From a virus: a DNA stretch of 64,000 bases. The notes under the pieces are model-generated. The model was not told the origin of the DNA. It was given only the letters and a program-made list of their open reading frames with translations, and ran no database searches. The number at the start of each line of letters is the position of its first letter. Positions within the stretch are counted from its first letter, which is position 1. Shown in pieces: positions 17,326-28,450 of the stretch. The translations under genes and the position numbers were made by a program. The stretch lies in the IMG/VR virus record IMGVR_UViG_3300011116_000574, positions 36,658 through 100,657 of that record. One strand, given 5' to 3'.

Positions 17326-20300
17326 ATGTCATATGATTTACAAGTACTAAGAGATAATCCAATTGGTTATTGGTCATTCAATAATACCAATAAGGATATT
17401 ACTAGATATGCTAATACGGCTACTGTTAGTGGGTCTTATACAACCCCGCCGATTATTGCAAATGGCGGATATTCGCTAAAAGTAAATAGTTCTACTACTG
17501 CTACTATAACTAACACTGCTGGTAAATATGAATGCTTTTCCAATAACTATCAAAATAGAACCTTTACGATTGCTTTTTGGCTTAGCCTTAATAACCAATT
17601 AAATGGTTCTGGTGCTGGAACTTATACAAACGATCAACTTACCCTACTATCAATTAAAAACGGTGCCACAGTAATTGGTAAAATTGTATACGATTATAAG
17701 TCGAATACGGTTAGGTATACTTTTCCAGGAACAAATAACAAAGATTCTTATGCGGTCATTGATGATTTTGACAAGCAATATTACATAGTTGCAACATATT
17801 CTAATGGAAGTCATTCTATAAAAATTAATGGTAGAAATGGGTTTATTGGTTTGGTTAGCGATTTTTCAAATATGACATCAGCAACAAAAAGCAATATCTC
17901 CTTTGTCATTGCTGATACAAGTACCACATCAAACTTTCTTACAAATAGTTTAGCTTTTTACGACTATCAAATTTCAGATGAGCAAATAAAAAGACATATT
18001 CTTTGGGCAGGAAATGATGAAAAACCAAACTTTCAAGGCTCAATTTCTGCAAGCACATCCATCTTTACATTCTTAGAAGAAAATCAAGATTTAGGTTATG
18101 CAAAAACTATTTCTGGTCAAGATTTCCTAATATTGGGAGAGTTGGATAAATTAAATGTGACGGATTCTGGATTAACTCCATTAAAGTTAGACACCCCAAC
18201 ATTTAATACCAACTACGATAGTACCGCATCCTATACAATAAATAGTTCTTCTGGAATAAATTGGTCGGGATCTGCGGGAGTAGACATTAATTTCTTTCCA
18301 AATTATTTTAATATGACAACTGGATTTACTTTATATATGACAGTAAATAGAACTTCTACTGGAAGTTATAACGAATATTTATTTGGACTATCAAATGTAA
18401 ACGGACAAAGCATGTTCCTTGAGTATAATGTTCCAGATGGAAATACAAACTATTATTTAAAAATGTATGATTCTTATACTGGCTCTACCACAACCATTGT
18501 TAGTCTAGCTAGTGGTCAATCAGCATCTACCGCAAAAATTTCAAATGTTGCCGTACAATTTTCTGGAAGCCTAATTAATCTTTACACATCTGACAATTCT
18601 GGAGTAACAGCATCGTCTACATCTGGTTTACCCCTTAATATGAATCAGAATTCAATATTAACCTTGGGAAATAGTTATAATTCTCCAAAAAATTTATATT
18701 CTTATATAGAAGATTTTGGGGTAACAGATCAGTATTTTGCTAGTGTTACATCAATCCCCTTTGGCAGTGTTTCTAACTTTATCATGCCATTAACAGCATC
18801 AGCTAGTCCATTTCTTATTAAACAAAGAGGAACCTGGATACATCAAGTACCATCCGTAGTTATACCTTTTTATAATTTTTACGGAACCGTTTTTGACTGG
18901 AAAACAATGGATAACTGTCAGGTTCTTTACTCTGTTGATAATGGAAGCACCTACAACATTGTAAATAGGCATCAAACTGCAAGTTTATATAATACGCTTG
19001 GTGTTGCGGGTAATATTGCAGTAAAAGTTCAAATTGATACAGACTATGTGTTAGATCAAAAAAATCAATCCTTTAATAATTTTTATTACAATGTTTATGG
19101 TCCGATGAGTTTAATTTCTGATAATGAAATGTATACTCTGTCATCATCAACATCTAGCGTTAGCCCAAACCTAAGAATATCTAATGGAACTAATAATATT
19201 TTAGCAAGACAAAAAAACTTTGGCGTTAAATTTGGAGGAGAGTTGCCAACAAATGCTCTTATTACTGTTCCAACATCATCTTCTTATTCCGCCATTGAAA
19301 TGTGGTATAGACCAGATTTTATTCCAACTCAAACATTAAGAACAAATATCATTAAAAATCCATCTTTTGAAGTTACCCCAACTGCGAGTATGTTTATAAC
19401 TTATAATACAAATTATCCAGTAAGCACATCAACAGCATCCCCACTATTTAGAACTAGAAGCGTAACTCAAAATACAGGAACATTCCTAAATGCACAGATT
19501 AGAATTGGTTTTCATAGAACTAACTCAGTAGCCCTTCCAATATATTATTCTTGTGATCCTGGTCAAGCATATACTTTTTCTTTCTATATGTCAGACATAT
19601 TAATGCCATCTCCATCTATTACTGCAAGAATAAGATTTTATAATTCTGCTGCATCAGCAACAGTTCTTTCAACAACAACTTCAACTAGCACTATATCAAC
19701 AGCATCTTACACAAGGGTTTCTGTGACCGCAACTGCACCCACATCTATAACAGCGTCTTTAAACGGAAATTTAATATTTCCAGACTTTTTTTGTCCTACA
19801 AACACTACATCAAGTTATAGTGGTGGTAGATTCCAGGCAGATGGAATTTTATTAGAGGCAAGTCCAGCACTAAATGAATATTTTGACGGTTCGTTTACAG
19901 GTGCTTCTTGGTCGGGAACTGCAGACATTTCATCATCAAGCTTGCTATACGCCAGTCCAGTTCATATAATAAATAATACAATAGATCAAAAAATTAGCTC
20001 TAGTTCTATTGCAACCGCCCCAGCTATATACATAGATAATTTGGGTAAATTTAGATCTTTGGGTGGAACCTTATATATAAACGGTGCATCCGTAGTTGAC
20101 GGGTCATATTCTGCTAGTCAAAATGAGCTGTATCATTTAACTTTGGTTTTATCATCACCAACATCATCGGCTTTGTATTTAAATGGTGGTAATTTAGTAA
20201 TGAACTCTACAAGAAGTAAAGGTACATATGGATATCTACAATTTTGGAATAGTACCCCAACTGCAGCAGATATTTTAGATAGATATTCCCAGTTTGTTGG

Positions 20301-20391
20301 TAAAACAATAGTGTCAATTACCGACACAAATACAACTAAATTATACTCTGCCTTGTCGCCAGAATTATATATTATCACCAGTCTTGGCTAA
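17326..20391 (+). CDS. minor tail protein with LamG/concanavalin-like and carbohydrate-binding domains
   Basis: MSY...VLRDNPIGYW, NIIKNPSFE, YFDGS motifs. Confidence 0.7.
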   Translation: MSYDLQVLRDNPIGYWSFNNTNKDITRYANTATVSGSYTTPPIIANGGYSLKVNSSTTATITNTAGKYECFSNNYQNRTFTIAFWLSLNNQLNGSGAGTYTNDQLTLLSIKNGATVIGKIVYDYKSNTVRYTFPGTNNKDSYAVIDDFDKQYYIVATYSNGSHSIKINGRNGFIGLVSDFSNMTSATKSNISFVIADTSTTSNFLTNSLAFYDYQISDEQIKRHILWAGNDEKPNFQGSISASTSIFTFLEENQDLGYAKTISGQDFLILGELDKLNVTDSGLTPLKLDTPTFNTNYDSTASYTINSSSGINWSGSAGVDINFFPNYFNMTTGFTLYMTVNRTSTGSYNEYLFGLSNVNGQSMFLEYNVPDGNTNYYLKMYDSYTGSTTTIVSLASGQSASTAKISNVAVQFSGSLINLYTSDNSGVTASSTSGLPLNMNQNSILTLGNSYNSPKNLYSYIEDFGVTDQYFASVTSIPFGSVSNFIMPLTASASPFLIKQRGTWIHQVPSVVIPFYNFYGTVFDWKTMDNCQVLYSVDNGSTYNIVNRHQTASLYNTLGVAGNIAVKVQIDTDYVLDQKNQSFNNFYYNVYGPMSLISDNEMYTLSSSTSSVSPNLRISNGTNNILARQKNFGVKFGGELPTNALITVPTSSSYSAIEMWYRPDFIPTQTLRTNIIKNPSFEVTPTASMFITYNTNYPVSTSTASPLFRTRSVTQNTGTFLNAQIRIGFHRTNSVALPIYYSCDPGQAYTFSFYMSDILMPSPSITARIRFYNSAASATVLSTTTSTSTISTASYTRVSVTATAPTSITASLNGNLIFPDFFCPTNTTSSYSGGRFQADGILLEASPALNEYFDGSFTGASWSGTADISSSSLLYASPVHIINNTIDQKISSSSIATAPAIYIDNLGKFRSLGGTLYINGASVVDGSYSASQNELYHLTLVLSSPTSSALYLNGGNLVMNSTRSKGTYGYLQFWNSTPTAADILDRYSQFVGKTIVSITDTNTTKLYSALSPELYIITSLG

Positions 20392-20441
20392 TATATGTCA
20401 CTAAATTTCGTTTTCATAAGTAAAAATGGTAAAATCTATTT

Positions 20442-20780
20442 ATGGGAAGAATGAATATAACAGAAGTAGAAGAAGTTTCTTATGGACTTTATCTCTGGGA
20501 AACTCCAGATGGCAAGTTGTTAATGGATGAAGACGGAAACTATCTTAATGTTGCTGCTATAAAGGGCGACATATCTAGAATCAATAGTATTAAGCAGGTA
20601 GCAAAATCTTTAGGTATAGAAGGTCAACCAGTATGGTTTTCTGGTCATAGAAGAGTGACCGAGGAAGAATATGAATACCAGAAGCAGAGAATGGATTTGG
20701 GTCTTATTCCAGATGAATTAGATGTTCCTGCAATCAAAGAGGATATTGAACAAAAGAGAAAGATGGGTCTTTACAAATAA
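20442..20780 (+). CDS. hypothetical protein upstream of portal, leaderless
   Basis: ATG 6 nt after TAAAAT. GLIPDELD motif. Confidence 0.75.
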   Translation: MGRMNITEVEEVSYGLYLWETPDGKLLMDEDGNYLNVAAIKGDISRINSIKQVAKSLGIEGQPVWFSGHRRVTEEEYEYQKQRMDLGLIPDELDVPAIKEDIEQKRKMGLYK

Positions 20781-22366
20781 TGGCTAATTTAACACCAATG
20801 GATGATGATGACTTTGACTTCAGTCAAACAATCAATATTGTTTCCGATAGAGATCGTGTTGCAAAATCTCAAGAATCAGAATATGATGACCCATTTGCAA
20901 AAAGCTGGGATGACTTAAAAAAGATTGATGGTCTTAGTGAAAACTTTAAGCGTAGAGCAAATAGACTAGAAAAGTCATTTACTGGTATTGATGATGCAAA
21001 GTCAAAGAAACTAGACCCACTTGACCTAACAGGATACTCTCTGTTTATGATTGTTCAGCCACCATACAATGTAATGTATTTGGCTCAACTTTTTGACCTT
21101 TCCCCATTTCATCATGCTGCAGTTGAAGCAAAGGTAGCAAATGTTATTGGTCTTGGTTATGAATTTCAAGAGACACAAAAAACTTTAGATAAGGTTGCCG
21201 ATGTAATGGACAACCCCGCAAGACTTGATAAAATTCGTAGAAATATTGCTCGTGGGCGGGTAGAGTTAAAAAATTATCTAGAAGATATGAACTCTGATGA
21301 CGGCTTCCTTGAGACACTAAAAAAGGCATATACAGACTTAGAAGTTACTGGAAATGCCTATATTGAAATTGGTAGAACATCATCTGGAAAGATTGGATAT
21401 ATTGGTCATATCCCTGCCATTACAATGCGTATTCGCCGTCATCGTGATGGCTTTGTTCAGGTTGTTTATAACCGCTATACATTCTTTAGAAATTATGGAG
21501 ACACGACAACAGAAGACCAAATTGGCACAGACCCAAGACCAAATGAAGTAATTCATTTAAAGAAGTACTCACCAACAAATACTTATTATGGAATTCCAGA
21601 TATTATGTCTGCAAAAAATGCTGTGGCGGGTGACGAATTTGCTCAAAGATTTAACCTTGACTATTTTGAAAACAAAGCTGTTCCAAGATACATTATTACC
21701 GTAAAGGGTGCTCGCCTTAATGCAGAGTCAGAAAGAAAACTTTTAGAATTTTTCCAGACAGGTCTAAAAGGTCGTAATCATAGAACCCTTTATATCCCAC
21801 TTCCTTCAGATGGAGAGAACGCTCGTGTAGAATTTAACATGGAGCCAATTGAAGCAGGTATTCAAGATTCTTCATTTACAAACTACGCCGTTGAAAGTCG
21901 TGACCGTATTCTTTTGGCGCACCGAGTTCCAATTAGCAAATTGGGAACACCGCAGGGAACATCTTTAGCAGGTGCAAGAGATGCAGATAAAACCTTTAAA
22001 GAGCAGGTATGTCGCCCGATGCAAGACTATATTGAAAAGAAACTAAGTGGAGTAATTGCCGAAATCACAGACGCATTTACTATACAACTAAACGAACTTA
22101 CCCTTACTGATGAAGAGACACAGGCAAGAATTGATGATGTTTATCTTAAAGATCAAGTTATTGTCCCTAATGATGTTAGACTTCGCAAGGGAATGCCACC
22201 TAGAGCGGGTGGTGACGATCCTCTAGTAATTGGTGCGAAAGATGCAGCAGAAGCCACAGCACAAGCTAATGGAACAAGACAAAGGGATCAGAAAAGAAAA
22301 ATAAATGCTCCCGATACTCAGGGCGAGGCTCGCAGTCCAAAAGGTCAGGGAAGAACACAGGAGTAA
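20780..22366 (+). CDS. portal protein
   Basis: DLEVTGNAYIE, EVIHLK...YYGIPD, YFENKAVP and position in the head module. Confidence 0.9.
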   Translation: MANLTPMDDDDFDFSQTINIVSDRDRVAKSQESEYDDPFAKSWDDLKKIDGLSENFKRRANRLEKSFTGIDDAKSKKLDPLDLTGYSLFMIVQPPYNVMYLAQLFDLSPFHHAAVEAKVANVIGLGYEFQETQKTLDKVADVMDNPARLDKIRRNIARGRVELKNYLEDMNSDDGFLETLKKAYTDLEVTGNAYIEIGRTSSGKIGYIGHIPAITMRIRRHRDGFVQVVYNRYTFFRNYGDTTTEDQIGTDPRPNEVIHLKKYSPTNTYYGIPDIMSAKNAVAGDEFAQRFNLDYFENKAVPRYIITVKGARLNAESERKLLEFFQTGLKGRNHRTLYIPLPSDGENARVEFNMEPIEAGIQDSSFTNYAVESRDRILLAHRVPISKLGTPQGTSLAGARDADKTFKEQVCRPMQDYIEKKLSGVIAEITDAFTIQLNELTLTDEETQARIDDVYLKDQVIVPNDVRLRKGMPPRAGGDDPLVIGAKDAAEATAQANGTRQRDQKRKINAPDTQGEARSPKGQGRTQE

Positions 22367-22419
22367 TATGATACCGTAAATTTTGTATTGCATACAAAAC
22401 TTGGTATCATTTAAGTAAT

Positions 22420-24039
22420 ATGAATATTCAAAAAGCCACATGGCAAAATGGAGATCGCAAGATGAGTCTTGCATTCCCATTTGCTAAAGTAGATAAAGAA
22501 AATCGCACAGTATCTGGCTTTGCTACATTGGATAATGTAGACAAGCATGGTGATATTGTTACTTCAGATGCAAGTAAAGCTGCATTTGAAAGATTTCGCG
22601 GAAACATTCGTGAAATGCATCAACCAATTGCGGTAGGTAAAATCCTTTCTTTTAACGAAGAAGATTACTACGATGCTAATGAAGGTAAAAATTACAAAGG
22701 TGTATTTGTACAAGCATATATTTCAAAGGGTGCTCAGGATACTTGGGAAAAGGTTCTAGATGGCACCCTTACAGGTTTTTCAATAGGCGGAAATATTGTC
22801 ACAGCCTCTATGGAAAAGGGTGACGATGAGGCAGACGAAGAGCGTAGAGTTATTAAAGAGTATGACCTACACGAATTAAGTCTAGTTGACAATCCCGCAA
22901 ACCCACTTGCAAATGTTTTTTCAATTCAAAAGAGTGGTGATAGTTTAATTTTTAAAGGAATGGCAACAGAAATTGAAACAGAAAATGTCTTCTGGTGCGG
23001 AACAGACCAGGTTGCTACAGCTTATTCGGGTGAGACAAAGGACTGCAGCATTTGCGGTGACACGATGGACACCATTGGCTGGGTTGAAAAAAGCGATACA
23101 GAAAAGAATCTATCTATTCAAAAAGTAATCAATGGTTACTTTAAGAAAGACGATGCTCCAGGTTCAGTACATGGTCCAAATGGAACACTAGATTCAAGTT
23201 CAACACCACTTAATCCCGTTATTGATTCAGAGGAAACAATTAACTTGTATCCAGATCAGAACAACATTAGTACAACAAAGGCTGCTGTTGGAGTTGGAAG
23301 TTTTGTTACATGGAAATCTAGCGGTGGAAAAGCATATGGTAAAATTATAAGTATTAAATCAAAAGGAACAATTAAGGTTCCAGATAGCTCGTTTGAGATC
23401 ACAGCAGAAAAGGATGATCCAGCAGCACTAATTAGAATTTATGAGAAAACAGCCGATGGTTTCAAAGAAACCGACAAAAAGGTTGGTCATAAAGTAAGTA
23501 CCCTTAAGCCAGCAAAAGGCTCAAAGGCTAAAAATAAAATCAGCAAAGGAGGTAGTATCGTGACAGAAGAAAATCTAGAAACTCAGGAAGCTGAAGAAAT
23601 TAATGAAGTAGTTGAAGAAAGTGATGATGCAGCAATTGAGAAGGCTGCAGATGTTTCGGAAATAGAAGTCGATGAATTAGACTTTACTAAGATGGTTACA
23701 GACCTCAAAGACTTTGTTGGTGAAAAGCTTGAGAAGAGCGCAGAAAGCGCAAAAGATAGCACAACAGAATTTAAGAAAGCTCTAGAAGCAGAAACATCAG
23801 GTTTGATAAAGAAATTTGATGAACTTTCTGCTGAAAAAAATGAGCTGGCTAAATCTATTGATGCTCTAAATAACCTTGTTACAGAACTACAAAAGTCTCT
23901 TACAGAGACAAACGAAAGGGTCGCATCTTATGAGAGCGACACCGCAATTAAAAAGTCTGGTGAAGTTGACAAAACAACATCAGTAACAAGAGAAGATAAA
24001 TTTTGGCAAGGATCCTTCCTCGGAGTAAATGCCCTATAA
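22420..24039 (+). CDS. prohead protease/scaffold fusion (HK97 type)
   Basis: IREMH, GFSIGG, ELSLVDNPAN and a C-terminal coiled coil. Confidence 0.9.
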   Translation: MNIQKATWQNGDRKMSLAFPFAKVDKENRTVSGFATLDNVDKHGDIVTSDASKAAFERFRGNIREMHQPIAVGKILSFNEEDYYDANEGKNYKGVFVQAYISKGAQDTWEKVLDGTLTGFSIGGNIVTASMEKGDDEADEERRVIKEYDLHELSLVDNPANPLANVFSIQKSGDSLIFKGMATEIETENVFWCGTDQVATAYSGETKDCSICGDTMDTIGWVEKSDTEKNLSIQKVINGYFKKDDAPGSVHGPNGTLDSSSTPLNPVIDSEETINLYPDQNNISTTKAAVGVGSFVTWKSSGGKAYGKIISIKSKGTIKVPDSSFEITAEKDDPAALIRIYEKTADGFKETDKKVGHKVSTLKPAKGSKAKNKISKGGSIVTEENLETQEAEEINEVVEESDDAAIEKAADVSEIEVDELDFTKMVTDLKDFVGEKLEKSAESAKDSTTEFKKALEAETSGLIKKFDELSAEKNELAKSIDALNNLVTELQKSLTETNERVASYESDTAIKKSGEVDKTTSVTREDKFWQGSFLGVNAL

Positions 24040-24069
24040 AAAACCACTATGAAAGGTAGGTGAAAAAAT

Positions 24070-25254
24070 ATGAGTAACGAACTTTTACAGAAAGTAATTG
24101 ATACAAGCAATCTTGGCGCAAACAGCCCATTGACCTCAACAGGTGACAATGGACCTACAGCACAGGGTGGTGCTGGTCTCCTTTACCCAGATCAGGCTAA
24201 TCGTTTCTTGGACTACATGTGGGATGCAACAATCTTGGCTAAGTCAGCTCGTACAATCCGTATGCGCTCAAACACAACCGAAATTGACCGTCTTGCAGTT
24301 GGTCAGAGAATTATGACAGTTGCAACAGAAGATAATCCTCGTGATTACACAAATAGCACAGGCGCAGGTTTTACTGCTGCAGGTGCTGTATTCTCAAAGA
24401 TCTCTTTGACAACCCGCAAGCTTCGTCTAGACTGGGAACTTTCAGCTGAAGCTCTTGAGGATAACCTTGAGGGTCCAGATTTGGAAGATCACATCGCTCG
24501 TCTGATGGCAACACAGGCTGGTAACGATGTCGAAGATGTTCTGATTAATGGTGATGGTTCTTCAGCAGGTCTGATGGGTGCTTTCAAAGGCTTCCGCACA
24601 CTTGCTAATACGAATGCACATGTCGTTGATGCACAGGGTTACGGTCTAGATAAGGCTGTATTCAACCTTGCAATCAAGACCTTGCCTCGTAAGTACAAGC
24701 AACGCCGTAATCAGCTAAGATTCTTCGCTGGTTCTAACTTGGTACAGGACTATTTGTATAACTTGACTAACACAGTTGGCAACTTCCTCCCATTTGATAT
24801 CTCTTCAGGTATCATCCGTGGCGATGTAGCAGCTAACGATGGTGGTCCAGGTACCACAACGCCATTTGCGTTTGGTATCCCAGTTATCAATGTTCCGCTA
24901 ATCGATGAGACTCGTGCTGGCACATACGCTGGTGCGAATGGTCTGCATGGTGATGTCCACTTGACATTCCCACAGAACTTTATCGTTGGTATCAAGCGTG
25001 ATGTTGTTGTTTACCGTCAGTTCGTGGCAAAGAAAGATACAATTGAATACACTCTATTCATTCGTGTCGGCTGTGCCCTAGAGAACTACGATGCACATGT
25101 TCTTGTTAAGAACATTAAGGTTGCAGGTACAACCGTACCACAAGGTTCAACATTCGGCTCTTTTGCAAATGGGTCTGGTCTAACAGACGACACTGCAGTA
25201 AGAGGTTCAAATGTAAACTTGAATCCAGGTACTGGAGGAGTTTCAACCTTCTAA
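24070..25254 (+). CDS. major capsid protein
   Basis: GLLYPDQANRFLD...ELSAEALEDNLEG and position after the protease. Confidence 0.9.
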   Translation: MSNELLQKVIDTSNLGANSPLTSTGDNGPTAQGGAGLLYPDQANRFLDYMWDATILAKSARTIRMRSNTTEIDRLAVGQRIMTVATEDNPRDYTNSTGAGFTAAGAVFSKISLTTRKLRLDWELSAEALEDNLEGPDLEDHIARLMATQAGNDVEDVLINGDGSSAGLMGAFKGFRTLANTNAHVVDAQGYGLDKAVFNLAIKTLPRKYKQRRNQLRFFAGSNLVQDYLYNLTNTVGNFLPFDISSGIIRGDVAANDGGPGTTTPFAFGIPVINVPLIDETRAGTYAGANGLHGDVHLTFPQNFIVGIKRDVVVYRQFVAKKDTIEYTLFIRVGCALENYDAHVLVKNIKVAGTTVPQGSTFGSFANGSGLTDDTAVRGSNVNLNPGTGGVSTF

Positions 25255-25273
25255 CATTAAGCGTGTTGTGGGT

Positions 25274-25301
25274 AAAGGGAGCATATATTGGCTCCCTTTA
25301 T
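25274..25301 (+). terminator. probable terminator after capsid gene
   Basis: AAAGGGAGC...GCTCCCTTT hairpin followed by T-rich sequence. Confidence 0.7.
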
Positions 25302-25353
25302 TCATTTTTAATATTATTTGGTATAATAATTCTATAAGAGAAAGAGGAATCAA

Positions 25354-25746
25354 ATGTCTTTTGATACTTTAAAAGTACAAGAATTGCGAGATATCGCAGA
25401 ATCATTTGCCGTAGATTTGCCAGCAAAGATTTCAAAGCAGCAACTAATAATGCTACTTGAAGAAGAGGGCGTAACCTACGACACATACCAAAGATTTTTT
25501 GAGAGTGAAAAACTTGAACCACAGCCAGATCCAAGCCCAAGAGCACAAAATCTGGATGTATCTTCACCAAATGTTGTTTTGGTAAAGATGGAAAGAGGCA
25601 ATATGTCTTATCAAGTTGGAAACTATGTTTTCAGTTATGAACATCCATTTGTTCCAATGACGGAATCAGATGCTCAAAGAATCTTTGACACCTATGAAGG
25701 TTTTAGATTAGCTACACCTAGAGAAGTCCAGGAATTCTACGGCTAG
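25354..25746 (+). CDS. hypothetical head-module protein
   Basis: N-terminal LKVQELRDIA resembles HeH/Rho-N. Ends ATPREVQEFY. Confidence 0.7.
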   Translation: MSFDTLKVQELRDIAESFAVDLPAKISKQQLIMLLEEEGVTYDTYQRFFESEKLEPQPDPSPRAQNLDVSSPNVVLVKMERGNMSYQVGNYVFSYEHPFVPMTESDAQRIFDTYEGFRLATPREVQEFYG

Positions 25747-25765
25747 TCTTATTGGAGGAATTTAA

Positions 25766-26707
25766 TTGCAACAGATCCACAATGGAACTCAGGAAACAGT
25801 TTCATTAGAAATTTATAAGCAAGGACAATTAACAAATGCTGACGGAGCAGTATTAGTAAAAATTAAAGATGCAGATGACGGTACTATCCTATTGTCATCT
25901 GCATCTGCTACTAATGAACAGCCAGAAGGTCAGTATTCGTTTGAAATCACCCCAGATTTAACATCTGAAAATCGGGTACTTCAAATTATTTGGTCCTATA
26001 CACTAAGTGGAAAAGCCACATCACAAACACAATATGCTCAAATAGTTACACCATACGCTTTAGTTAGTGATATTGTAGACTACTATAATATTGGAACTAA
26101 GCCATCAGAAATTAACTATTATTCACAGTCACAAATATTATCTGCAGAACAAATTGCAAGAACTATGATTAACAACTACACAAGCCTTGATTTTGGTAAA
26201 AGGTATGGTTTTCAAGAAATCTTTGGTTCTGGTAGCGATGCTTTAGAATTAACTGAAAAAATGCTATATGTAGACAAAGTTTATGAAAATGAAACTTTGC
26301 AGGTAGATTACACTGCAAGTCCCGCCTATAATGTTTTTGGGTATGATGTAGAACTAAGTCCTACAGGAAAAGTTGTTAGAATTTTAAATACATTTAACAA
26401 TGTTAGATACGACAATCAGGTAGATCCAACAATTCTGTACTACGGCAAATTCCGCGATAACGCCCGCTATAAAATTTATGGAGAAATTGGGTATAATTAT
26501 GTACCCCAAGATATTAAACTTTGCTCTCTGTTGCTTGTAGGGGATTTATTAAGCAATGACGCAGCATGGCGAACCAAATATTTGAAGAAAGTAAATCTTG
26601 CTGAAGTAACCTTTGAGTTAGCAGCGGGGGCTTTCAATGGTACAGGCAATGTCATTGTAGATGGAATCTTAGATCAATACCGTAATTACAACATTGTGGT
26701 GATTTAA
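25766..26707 (+). CDS. head-to-tail adaptor
   Basis: Position and GYNYVPQDIKLC motif. Confidence 0.7.
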   Translation: MQQIHNGTQETVSLEIYKQGQLTNADGAVLVKIKDADDGTILLSSASATNEQPEGQYSFEITPDLTSENRVLQIIWSYTLSGKATSQTQYAQIVTPYALVSDIVDYYNIGTKPSEINYYSQSQILSAEQIARTMINNYTSLDFGKRYGFQEIFGSGSDALELTEKMLYVDKVYENETLQVDYTASPAYNVFGYDVELSPTGKVVRILNTFNNVRYDNQVDPTILYYGKFRDNARYKIYGEIGYNYVPQDIKLCSLLLVGDLLSNDAAWRTKYLKKVNLAEVTFELAAGAFNGTGNVIVDGILDQYRNYNIVVI

Positions 26708-27163
26708 ATGTCTGTGTTTCAACTTAACTCATATGTAAATACATTTATGAATATGTCTGCCGATATATTTGTTCAGAAAAATATACAATCTGAAAGTGGT
26801 GCCATGACTCGTCAATGGGTATATGATCAGACAATTCATTGCAAAGTTATGTCAGTCCAAGACAAAGGTGGTCGTGGAGCATCAGATGACAAACAGTATA
26901 GTACTGGTGCTACAGGATATATCGAGGATGTTCATGTTAAAATGCAATCTCCAATTAGGCTAAGCAAGCGTTGGCGGGTTGGAAATGTTATTTCTGCAAA
27001 TGGAGAAAGAATATTTATTGAACCAGATAGACTAGACCTTGAAGATACAGTCTTTGATATTGTTTCTAATCACCCAGTTTTAGACCCATTTGGGCAAATT
27101 GCATACTACGCTATTAACTTACGAAGGGCACAGGTTCAAAATAATGATATCGTTACAGTTTAA
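26708..27163 (+). CDS. head-tail stopper/closure protein
   Basis: Position and size. Confidence 0.6.
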   Translation: MSVFQLNSYVNTFMNMSADIFVQKNIQSESGAMTRQWVYDQTIHCKVMSVQDKGGRGASDDKQYSTGATGYIEDVHVKMQSPIRLSKRWRVGNVISANGERIFIEPDRLDLEDTVFDIVSNHPVLDPFGQIAYYAINLRRAQVQNNDIVTV

Positions 27164-27851
27164 AAATATAGATTCTTTATATAAAGAATTAGAAAAAAAG
27201 GTTGCTGGGATAAACGAACTTATGAAACCAGCCACAAAAAACGAAGTTTCCAAAGCTCTTTTTACAATTACTGGAAAAAAGTTTTTAAAAGATATTGGCA
27301 TAGCAGCAAGACTAGATCCACAGAAATTTTTTCATGTTTTTGAATGGGGTCAATTAGGCAGTCCATCTGGAAAACTTTTTTTAATTAAAAGAACAAGGGT
27401 TGTTAACGGAAACCTTAGCATTAATTTTGCTTTTACCAAGTCTAAGAAAAATGTTCCTGTTCCAGCAAAACTTAGATCAAAAGTTAAAAAAAGAAGTGTT
27501 TTTGCAAATAAGGCAGAGGTTATGGAATCTGGAAAACCTGTATCATTTACTACAAAACAAACAATTGTTTTTTTAAGTCAAAAGGATGGTAATGTTCATT
27601 TTGTTGGACCTCGTGTTTTAATAAACATAAAAAATCCTGGAGGCAGGAAAACAACTGGTGCCTTTGAAAAATATGCGAATACTTGGTATTTAAAAAAATC
27701 TAACATTACTCTAAGTTCTTCAGGTTTAGTAAATGCTATAGGAAAGTCAGTTTCATCAACATTAAATAAAAAGGGTGCGGGACCAGCAGAAGCAAGAATG
27801 GCTATTTCTAATACTGCTCAAAAATACTCACAAGGAGTTACTGAATTTTAA
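27144..27851 (+). CDS. neck/tail-completion protein
   Basis: Basic protein with HVFEW motif, synteny. Confidence 0.55.
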   Translation: MISLQFKNIDSLYKELEKKVAGINELMKPATKNEVSKALFTITGKKFLKDIGIAARLDPQKFFHVFEWGQLGSPSGKLFLIKRTRVVNGNLSINFAFTKSKKNVPVPAKLRSKVKKRSVFANKAEVMESGKPVSFTTKQTIVFLSQKDGNVHFVGPRVLINIKNPGGRKTTGAFEKYANTWYLKKSNITLSSSGLVNAIGKSVSSTLNKKGAGPAEARMAISNTAQKYSQGVTEF

Positions 27852-28360
27852 TGTCTAATTATACAACCTTACCAATCTTTGAAATAAACAAATACATTTG
27901 GGATCAACTCAAGACTAATCAAATACTTGATGAGAACAAATACTATACAGATGAGTTTATGGATATTCTTATTCCAATTGTTCCAGCCCAGCAAATTCCA
28001 GAATTTAACAATTTGCTCCCAGGTCAGACCTATTTGATTTATGACTATGAAGACAAGCCAAATCCAGAAAATTGGTGGATATCAGAACAAGTACTTACTT
28101 ACTCTATTGTTTCACCAAATTACGACACAATTAATCAAATTATGAATATGCTAAAAGATACATTTCGTAGATATGATGATTCAGCAAAAGATTTAAATAC
28201 ATGGTCTGGAAAATCTGGATATTACAATTTCCACTTTATATATGTAGATAGCGTTATTTCTCCCCAACACTTTGCCAACGAGGGTGGCTTTATGATGGGT
28301 GAAGTTCAAATATGTGTATCTTATGCAAGAAATTTAGATCAAAACGGTAGATTTTCATAA
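27851..28360 (+). CDS. tail terminator-like protein
   Basis: Immediately before the major tail gene. Confidence 0.6.
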   Translation: MSNYTTLPIFEINKYIWDQLKTNQILDENKYYTDEFMDILIPIVPAQQIPEFNNLLPGQTYLIYDYEDKPNPENWWISEQVLTYSIVSPNYDTINQIMNMLKDTFRRYDDSAKDLNTWSGKSGYYNFHFIYVDSVISPQHFANEGGFMMGEVQICVSYARNLDQNGRFS

Positions 28361-28450
28361 TTCGCATTTAATACCTTGTGTGATAGAATTAAATTGAGGA
28401 AGTGAAAATTGCCAATATTCTATAAAATGAATAGAGGTGAAAAATAAATT

